Below are positions 30,382 through 38,970 of a DNA stretch of 55,184 bases, in pieces. The position numbers were made by a program, and so were the translations under genes. This DNA is from Saprolegnia diclina VS20. Its lineage: Eukaryota. Positions within the stretch are counted from its first letter, which is position 1, and each line of letters starts with the position of its first letter. The notes beneath the pieces were generated by a model. The model was not told where the DNA came from, did not search any database, and saw nothing but the letters and a program-made list of their open reading frames with translations. The stretch covers positions 151,362 to 206,545 of the forward strand of contig NW_008246139.1 in assembly GCF_000281045.1 (NCBI RefSeq). Direction: 5' to 3'.

Positions 30382-32822
30382 GCGCTTTCTATCTATCCTA
30401 ACACTTGCAATGCATATCCTCTCGAGCACCAAATTGTGATTCGGGTGGCCGAGCCGGAGAGGTTAGTCGGTTGCATATTGGCGCGGTTAGCCGGCTGGTC
30501 TGTAAAAACCGGATACGTCAACCGGCTAGTAAAACCGGTTAGACAGCACAACGATCGAGGCGGTTGGCAAGCCCACACACCCAACGTCTTACGTCTGCGC
30601 TGCGTACGTATGCCTAGAATAGCGTCTTGCCTGCGAAGGGACGTAGCTACTCGTAGTAGTATCACGTAGATATATGGCTTCTTGGCTTCTTGGCTTGCTT
30701 GCCGCCTCACGTTTGGCAACAAGGAGGTAGGTACTCAAGCTGGAGTGGGAGTGGGTCCGCAGGGCAAGTCTATCGCTCGCGTCGTTGGAGCCCGAGCCAA
30801 GACTACCGTCCGAAGCAACCTCTCAAAAAACCAAGATTTTTTGTACAAGTGTCGTATCCGGATACCCAGCCAACCCTAAACGCGAGAAGCTACAGCTCGC
30901 ACAATCTTTGAGAAGTTGGCCAATGCTTCTCAATAGCTGGCGTGTGCACCTACCAGGCAGGTTCGAAGTGTCAGTCCACTGGTGTCAGTCCTCGGTCTAC
31001 AGTCGCGGAGCCCTACACCCATAGCCCCAACAACCCCGTGCAGAGCAATTCCGCGCGGAGCCGCGCGGTCGCAGCAGAATCGTTCGGGAACAGTACGGGT
31101 TGGGCATGTCTTGATACTCCCGCGTCGCAAAGATCGCACTGGATAAAAGGAATTCACTTAATTGATACTCTGAAACAGATGGGCACAAGATCGGTCGCAG
31201 GTGCTGCGGGCGAATACGATATGTTCGCTCCGCTGCCACCACAAGCGCCCACCGCACGCAAGCAGCATTGAGCTGGAGCAGTGATCGCAGCCGTCGGACG
31301 TTAAGAGCAGCTGCCCGGCACTATGGGCCAACCCATCACGCTTGGCTCCATAAAGGAGGCAGAAGGCGCGGTAAAACTCGGAGAAGCCCTCCGCGCCGTC
31401 AACTCGTGCGCCGGGGTCGTGGCTCGACTTGAGCCAGCGTGCATTCCCATCTTCTCTGCTATTTCTGAGCAAGATGCCCTTGTCAACAAACGTAATACAT
31501 AATCGTGATGGGCTTGCCCGTGGAAAATCTCAACAGCAGCTCAATTCTCGCCGAAACATCCGAGAAAAGTCGCCACCGCGGGAACGTGTTCGCGTCGACC
31601 AAGCAACGTCCACGACTACGCTCCCCCATTTTGACCCAGAGCGGTCATGGCGCCATCGAGCAGCCCTTTGAGCCCAATTTGGCTTTGCCACGAGCGAGCG
31701 CATCACTCTATGGGCTGCAGATGACGTTACAGCCGCGTTTCCTCCAGTCCTTCCTTCCCCTCTCTTTCCGTGCTGGCCAGAACTATGGTGGCTGCGCTGA
31801 TCGTTGGACAGATGATGGCTTCTCGTTCGAAATCGAAACCCATGGGAGGAACTTGAGTTGTTCTCAAGAGCCATCAATCACTGGGAACGCCAACTCCATC
31901 ACAGCCCTGTATCCTCTTATCTGCGCGTCCTCCGGCGCTTGGATCACTCGCCTTTCGCCCTCGAGAGCGATTCCTCGTGAATCCGACATGCACTTTTACG
32001 GTATCGATCCGCCCATCATTCCTGTTCGTATGCGCAGAGAAGCCTCGGCTGGGATCGGCCCCATCACTTGGTGGTCGGCTGCTCCTCATGTAGTGTCGCG
32101 GCGGCCAGCAACTCCAGCAACGTCAGTTTTGGTGGCTGCAACACCTCTGTCCAACGCACGCACTCTACTCGATGGTCAGCGTCCGCCTGCTGCTTGACCG
32201 TCCGATCAAAGTCTGCTCGACCTTTGTCAGCGCCAGCGGCAAACATATATTTTGACGTTTCAGCGCAGTGGTCAGTGCCCGCTGTTTCAAACGTCGGACA
32301 ATCACAGAGTATTGTCCAGCCAGTGTCCAAGCCGGTCCGCGAGTCCGGCTACTTGGACGATTCTACACTGTATCGACCATGTCGCAGCGCTCCGACGGCA
32401 GCCCCGAAATGGAATTTGGGGCGAGTCGCGAGCGACTTGTGAAAGCTCGAGTAGCCGACGCAGCTCGCCATCAATCGTGCAAGTCGCTGCGCGTTTGTTG
32501 GCACGGGGGCTGTCGAGTGACAGCTGTGATAGCGCATGTGCTGGCAGCCACCAGCTGTGATTGCACGGGATTGTGAATGGCACCCACTCGCGCAAATACC
32601 CGCGAAGGAGATCCGCAAGGAGTCGTCCCCGTCAAGCCACCGCCAGTCGTCACGACTTCACGCAACCCAACGCAAGAGCCACCCCCTAATGCCTTGTTGC
32701 TTTCACGCCATGGTTGTGTCTGCGAGCGTTGCTGTAGCGATTGGGTTCAAATTTCTGCCTGTAAATTTGAATATTTGACACACGATGTGCAACGTCAGTT
32801 TACAAAACCACCCGGTGTACCC

Positions 32823-34280
32823 ATGCACGAGGCAAAGTCCCGGTCCGTCCGGCCCAAGCACGCCCCCCCGATGCTGCTGCCCGAGATCCTCGAGGTCATC
32901 GTCGAGCACATTGGTGACAACGACACGCTCCTAGCATTCCTATCGCTATGGCCCGAGAAGCACTTGACGCTTCCGCTCCAGGCGCTTCGACATCTCCTTG
33001 GCCACACCACGAGCCAGCTCCGCATCGCGTGGCCTCTCGTCCACGTAGTAGAAGACAATTTGGACGAACAGACAATGGACTATCTCTACGGGACGTTTTC
33101 GTTGTCGCCACAGATCCACATTGAGTATCCGCTCAGCGACGCGGCCGACCTCGACGACGTGCTTCAAGATTATGGGCCGTGTCTGGCCGCCCTCAAGCTC
33201 TACTCGTCGTTCGAAGACGTCGACGATGCCCGCGAGATGCGCAGTATGCTGCTCTCGGTACCGCATCTGCGCCGGCTCGAAGTCCACCTCGTCGACCGCG
33301 ATGACGCGATTCACGGGCTCTCGCTTTTGCTCCACGTACTCGAGCACCCGACGCTGACGCACTTTACGCTTGCCAACGGCGAAGATCCCGTGCAGCTCGA
33401 CATTGCCTTTTCAAACCGGCTGCTCCAGTGGCTCCAGACGCGCCGCGTCCAGCATCTCTCGCTCGAGAACCTGCTTTTGGACACGAGCGCGGCGCTGCCT
33501 TCGGCCCTCAGCCGCGCGATTGCTGCGAACGACCGGCTCCAATCGCTGCATTTGCGCACTGTCGACATCTTTGAGAGCAGCGTGCTGCACGGCTACGCCT
33601 TGCCACAGTCGGTCACGTCGTTCGAGTGGGAAGAGCTGAGCGCGTCGGACAGCAGTGCCATCGACAATCTCGTAGCCGCGATCCAAGACGCACCGGCACT
33701 GCGCCACTTGGCATGCAAGAACATGGTGCGACTCCTTACCGACTCACGGGCACAGCGCGTGCTCTCGCAGCTCACGTCGCTGACGCTGCACAACGTCACA
33801 TCGAGTGAGATCCCGGCACTCGTCTCGGGCTTGCAGCACGTCGTAAGTCTCAAGCGCCTTCATGTATACAACAGCACCTTTCAAGGCGCGTCCGTCGAAG
33901 CCTTCCTCGCTGCCGTGAGCTTATCTCGCGACCTTGAGGAGCTCAGTATTTATGGTCATCGGTTTACAACCACAGAGCTCGGTCTCTGGCTGGAGGCGGT
34001 GCCTCGCTGGCCGAGGCTGCGGTCGCTGGCGCTGGCGTCGCACCGATGCTCGCTGTCGCAATGCCTCTCGCTACTACCGGCCATTGCTGGCGCGGCCCAG
34101 CACCTCACGTCCCTGGATTTGTCCAACGACGTCTGGTCGCGAGGTGAAAAGGACCTCTTTTGGCGCGAGCTCGCAACCGTTGCACGCGTCGATGTACAAG
34201 CCTGCGCCGGGAGCGACGTCCCGTCAAGAATCGTAGGTAGTCTTGTCGGTGCCGGCCAGCGTTGCGTCGTAATCACATAA
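32823..34280 (+). CDS. F-box-like/RNI-like LRR protein, copy 6
   Basis: LLPEILEVIVEHI, the clearest F-box-like LPxEILxxI match; ...IAWPLVHV; VLHGYALPQSVTSFEW; LTSLDLSND. Ends CVVIT. Confidence 0.85.
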   Translation: MHEAKSRSVRPKHAPPMLLPEILEVIVEHIGDNDTLLAFLSLWPEKHLTLPLQALRHLLGHTTSQLRIAWPLVHVVEDNLDEQTMDYLYGTFSLSPQIHIEYPLSDAADLDDVLQDYGPCLAALKLYSSFEDVDDAREMRSMLLSVPHLRRLEVHLVDRDDAIHGLSLLLHVLEHPTLTHFTLANGEDPVQLDIAFSNRLLQWLQTRRVQHLSLENLLLDTSAALPSALSRAIAANDRLQSLHLRTVDIFESSVLHGYALPQSVTSFEWEELSASDSSAIDNLVAAIQDAPALRHLACKNMVRLLTDSRAQRVLSQLTSLTLHNVTSSEIPALVSGLQHVVSLKRLHVYNSTFQGASVEAFLAAVSLSRDLEELSIYGHRFTTTELGLWLEAVPRWPRLRSLALASHRCSLSQCLSLLPAIAGAAQHLTSLDLSNDVWSRGEKDLFWRELATVARVDVQACAGSDVPSRIVGSLVGAGQRCVVIT

Positions 34281-35363
34281 CATTTCGAGTGACATATTAC
34301 CTGACGCTGCTCGTAGTCGCTGAATCAAGAAGCGAGGCGGATGCTCCAAGGCAAGGCTCCAGTTGGCACGCATGGGCTGGCTACACCTATACAGTCAATG
34401 CAGCTAAAGATGACATGTATCCGGTGTCAGTGGATAGGCCACTTGACGGGCGGAGGTCGACCGATCGGTCCTCGCTCTTGCGTTCTTTGTGAGATACAAT
34501 CGCCCGAGAGTAGATACCACGACCACGTATTTCGTGCAGCTTAGTACAGCTCTTTAGACAGTCGCTGGCAAAATGCAGATGCCGCATTTGCTCTGTTTGC
34601 TCTTCTAATGATGGGCGTCCAAGTATCAAGTATGTATCAGTCGTGTATCAAATCAACGCTTTCGTGGGTGGCGTGGGCGATAGTGCGTACGAGCATTATA
34701 CCGGGTACTTCCTCGAATATACGGCGGTCTATCCCCTCGAATAGATATTGTCATGGGTCAATATTTTATTAACCCATGATATTGTGTGCTCTCACAGTCA
34801 ACACTCACTGTCAACAGCAAGCAGAAAAACGGTATATGGAGCAGTCATGCAGGTCGCTGTAGCCAGTACGTGTTGGCAGGCAATGTGGATTGGTCCGTAG
34901 GATTGATACACTGACACTAGATCAGCACATCGGATCTCACAGGTTTTTCGGCTCTCGATACATTGATACATATGCATAGGAGCTTGTCCTGAGTGATGGG
35001 TCGCTGCCCGGTCGCTGGGTTCATGCAACCAGCGCACCAAAATGTATATTTCATGGAAAAACCATGACACAATCGCGGCCCTAGTACCGACATTGCCCTT
35101 GCATTATTCTACCACGTGGCAGCTCCTGGAGCCAGATAGACAACAGTGATTGGTGGACACTGGATCTTCTGGAGGTCCACTTGATGAGCCTGGACAATGA
35201 AACACAAGCCGACGAGTCGACAATTATACAAAACTTGCAGCTTGGCGCGCTGCAAGGTGCCAGCATGTGCTCGACTGTGACAACGGTAGATGTGCCAAGA
35301 GCGCTACGATCTAATGACATATCATGACAACAGAGCTACAAGAGGACTCTACGATTGGTGTTA

Positions 35364-37643
35364 TTACGACGAGCGTGGCACAATGTAGGCGTCCTGGAGC
35401 TTGCTACTCGACGCGGTAATGATGCTCGCAGCGTTCCGCAGCAGCTCGTGCTCGAGGCTGCTTAGATCGCACCATGAGAGGAGCAGTCGGCCTGAATGGA
35501 ACAAGCGCGGAATGATGTTGTCGACACTGAGGTCGGGCACTTTGGACAGCATTGGCATCATTTCCGCTGCGATATCCTTGGCCACGTCGGTCAAGACGGT
35601 GCTCATCGCCATCAAATCGAGCTGGATGAACCGGCGCCACTCGTCGTCGGCCACGCGCCAGAGTTTGCGGAGATCTGGCAGCGTCCCGCCGTCGCGCACG
35701 GGCAGCGGCTGCATGCAGGTAGCATATCGGTACGCGTGGCTCAGGTCCGAGAAGCTCGTGCCCACGACGTCGCGATGGCGCGTGATGGATCGTCCGAGGG
35801 CCTTCTGGAGGTTGCTGCGGCGGTCTTGCTTCTCACGGTGGGCAGCGTTCGCACGCAGCGTCTCGAGCGCACGGTCGGGCGACGCGCGCATGGCCTTGGT
35901 CACAGTGTTCAAGGCAAAGCCGCTCGAGAGCTCAAAAGCGGCGACGAATTGCCCTGGCGCCGTCGGGATCCCCGTCGGGAAGACGTGCTTGTCTCGGGCG
36001 AGCAAGTCGAGAAGCATATCGAGCTCGACAATAGGCAAGATCCGGTTATGAATGCACAGCGCATTGTAGAGATGGAGCACGAGCCGGCCTTGGCCCACGT
36101 CATTGAGCAGCAGGTGCCCGGCGAGACCCGTAAAGACAGTCGACGACGTGAGGAGGCATTGGCCAGCCATGTACGGGTTGAACCACCACATATCGCGCAC
36201 CGCCTCGGATGGGAAGAGGCGCAACTTGGTCGACGTCACGCCCAGGATCTTGACGTACCATCCCGACATCGAGCGCAGCATCGAGGTATTGATGCCGCCC
36301 GCCTTGTCACGTTGCATGCGCAAGAGGGTCGACTTGTACTGCTGCTTGAGCGCGCGCGTCACCGTGAAAGCGAGCGAGGCGTCGGTAACGAGCAGCATGG
36401 CTTTCAAAAGACAGTGGGTCGCGACGACGAGCGCCATGTCGACAACGCCACCGCGGCTGCGCTTCTTCAAGAGCGACCACAAAGGGCTGACGGCCGCCAA
36501 CTCGGGCGGTAGCGCAAACATATCCTTGTCGGCGAGGATCCGCAAACGAGGTGCGACCTGCGCAACAAACGCGTGTGCCAGCGAGCGCATGCAGCTTGTA
36601 TCGAGCGCAATGTCGTCGTCGTCAAGCCAGAGCATGCTCGACGTGTACGCATACGCGTAGTGCACGCTGCAGAGATCGCTGCCGTGCCGCATTTGCGCCA
36701 CACCTGGTGCTGGCGCCGTCGCGTCGGCCGTGAAGAGCGCTGCGAGCGCCTTGGCCTCTGCTTCGGATGCTGCAAAACGCGCGGCGAGGCCCGTTCCGTA
36801 CTCGTTCGTGTTGATGACCGTAGAGCGCCGTATGAATTCGCACACCGCGACCGCGTGAGCAAGGCCCACGCCGTGTTGGAGCACAAGCGACCGCAGCGCG
36901 TCGCTATTGCTCACAAGCACATCAATGGTACTGAACGAACCGAGATACGGGAGCTCGAGTGTCAGCGTCGACGCGAGCGACTGGGCGACGTGGACGACGT
37001 GGTTGGTGACGATCGTCGCAGCGACAAGCGACGTTGTGCCGTCCTGAAACGCGGCCCAGACAGCATCGACCTCGTCCAAGAGCTCGTCGAGGTCCTGGAG
37101 AAAGCACGTCGCGCGAAACTGATCGGCTTCGAGCTGCGCGAGCGCTGTCTCTTGCGACGTCGGCGCGGCAGGCGGCACGAACGCCGCCACATCAAACGCT
37201 GGCATAGAAGCATCGATCGTATCGTCGTCGCCGTCCAGCGCCAATGCTTCAAATGTGTTGGAGAGATCGTCGGTGGCGGCGGTCGATGGCGATGGACGGT
37301 CCGGGGTCAGCGTGGCCTGCATGGCCCGGAGCAAAGTGAGAAAGTGCAGATGGCCGTCGTCGCGCGGCAAGCACTTGGTCGCTTGCCAGCGCAGGCGAAT
37401 ACTCGTCGCAAGGCGGCGCCAGACATCGCGTGGGACGGCGACGCCGGCCTCGGCGACCGCGACGGCGGCGGCCCAGATCTGGCCGGTCGTCCACGTGTCA
37501 ATGGGCGCCTTCAGCTTCGACTTTGACTTTGCCTTCTTGGAGGCTTTGAACGCGGCGCGCTCGAGCCACGTAAGCACGGCGTCGGTCGCTGCCTTGTAGC
37601 GGTGCCATCGGCCGTAGGAGCCGTCCGCAGGTGTTGGCGTCAT
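35364..37643 (-). CDS. DUF6604-like domain protein (~759 aa)
   Basis: N-terminal RYKAATDAVLTWL, VP..V...L..SIRLR, DDGHLHFL.LL, SNTFEALAL and CFLQDL..L...V..VW.....G..SLVAAT.VTN match the DUF6604 pattern as recalled. Inr-like CCATTTCATTTT just upstream of ATG 37643. Confidence 0.7.
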   Translation of the reverse strand: MTPTPADGSYGRWHRYKAATDAVLTWLERAAFKASKKAKSKSKLKAPIDTWTTGQIWAAAVAVAEAGVAVPRDVWRRLATSIRLRWQATKCLPRDDGHLHFLTLLRAMQATLTPDRPSPSTAATDDLSNTFEALALDGDDDTIDASMPAFDVAAFVPPAAPTSQETALAQLEADQFRATCFLQDLDELLDEVDAVWAAFQDGTTSLVAATIVTNHVVHVAQSLASTLTLELPYLGSFSTIDVLVSNSDALRSLVLQHGVGLAHAVAVCEFIRRSTVINTNEYGTGLAARFAASEAEAKALAALFTADATAPAPGVAQMRHGSDLCSVHYAYAYTSSMLWLDDDDIALDTSCMRSLAHAFVAQVAPRLRILADKDMFALPPELAAVSPLWSLLKKRSRGGVVDMALVVATHCLLKAMLLVTDASLAFTVTRALKQQYKSTLLRMQRDKAGGINTSMLRSMSGWYVKILGVTSTKLRLFPSEAVRDMWWFNPYMAGQCLLTSSTVFTGLAGHLLLNDVGQGRLVLHLYNALCIHNRILPIVELDMLLDLLARDKHVFPTGIPTAPGQFVAAFELSSGFALNTVTKAMRASPDRALETLRANAAHREKQDRRSNLQKALGRSITRHRDVVGTSFSDLSHAYRYATCMQPLPVRDGGTLPDLRKLWRVADDEWRRFIQLDLMAMSTVLTDVAKDIAAEMMPMLSKVPDLSVDNIIPRLFHSGRLLLSWCDLSSLEHELLRNAASIITASSSKLQDAYIVPRSS

Positions 37644-38223
37644 GACCCTGATGAGAAAATGAAATGGTCCGAATCTCGTCCTAATTTGAGGGCCTTCGGG
37701 CTGGCAACAGGACATGCCAGAATCGACTGCCAAGGCTTACGACTGACAGAGAAGAAGCTTTGTGTGATGGGTTGCATGCAGCCAGTGTGCAATAGTGTAC
37801 ATACATGTAGACACTACTATCTAGTACACGGAGCTGCAGTAGTAGAACTACCGGCATGGCCCTTGTCCGGTCCTTCTGATACGAACCCGTAATGTTACCG
37901 CTCACCGCAAGAAGATCAACAACGCTGATTGGTGGAAACCGGATCTTCAGGAGGCTTCATACCGGAAACTGGGACATTGGAATGGCACCGGCAGTTCACA
38001 ATGGCTTTAATAGTTCGACTTTGCTAGAGCGCGTATAAGTATACGAGTTCTTGTTTGCACAACTACAATTATACTTCGAGGGCCGTTTTCTTCAAATCAA
38101 TTCATTGAAAAATCACCCAGTGCCCAACGATGCCGCAAATCACAACGTTGAGCCTCTCTCCATCACTAGCGACTTGTAGTGGGTCGTTGAAAATAATCCC
38201 AGCATTCTCCAACATTTTCTACA

Positions 38224-38600
38224 NNNNNNNNNNNNNNNNNNNNNNNNNNNNNNNNNNNNNNNNNNNNNNNNNNNNNNNNNNNNNNNNNNNNNNNNNNNNN
38301 NNNNNNNNNNNNNNNNNNNNNNNNNNNNNNNNNNNNNNNNNNNNNNNNNNNNNNNNNNNNNNNNNNNNNNNNNNNNNNNNNNNNNNNNNNNNNNNNNNNN
38401 NNNNNNNNNNNNNNNNNNNNNNNNNNNNNNNNNNNNNNNNNNNNNNNNNNNNNNNNNNNNNNNNNNNNNNNNNNNNNNNNNNNNNNNNNNNNNNNNNNNN
38501 NNNNNNNNNNNNNNNNNNNNNNNNNNNNNNNNNNNNNNNNNNNNNNNNNNNNNNNNNNNNNNNNNNNNNNNNNNNNNNNNNNNNNNNNNNNNNNNNNNNN
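38224..38600. other. Assembly gap (377 N)
   Basis: Run of N. Confidence 1.
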
Positions 38601-38970
38601 CATTTTTGACTGTCCGAGTGTATTGGCTCGAAAGTGCTTCACGAGAGCGCCACGTCATTGGTCATAGATTGTTGCTTCTAAACACACGCAACCTTTGGCC
38701 GAGTCGACACACTTCAACCTCATAAGTCGCGAGTCTAGAAGCCCAAAAAGGTATGATCTCACGCTCTCAGCTGTGCCCTACCCGTAACAGCGTCTTACAG
38801 GAGTATTACGCAAATGAACACTGCAAAAGATCGCACCACGACCGCAAGATGGCGTCCGAATAGCCTACAGAGTTCCAGACGCTTCTTGTTATCCGGAAGA
38901 ATAAGAAAGAATCCAGCCACGCAGTCTCCTGGCTTGTGATTGGAGGAGCCACTTCTGCCACGACACCACG

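Noticed and set aside
30900..32200. 230-aa ORF 31505-32197 and neighbouring short ORFs
   Set aside because: No codon bias like the real genes and no motifs; treated as non-coding or unidentifiable relic.
32190..32330. Ankyrin-like relic on the minus strand (HCAETSKYMFAAGADK)
   Set aside because: One short partial match; could be chance.
2638..34280. RxLR or Crinkler effectors
   Set aside because: No RxLR-dEER after the signal peptides and no LxLFLAK/HVLV motifs seen.
38130..38658. ORFs spanning the N run
   Set aside because: Artefacts of the assembly gap.
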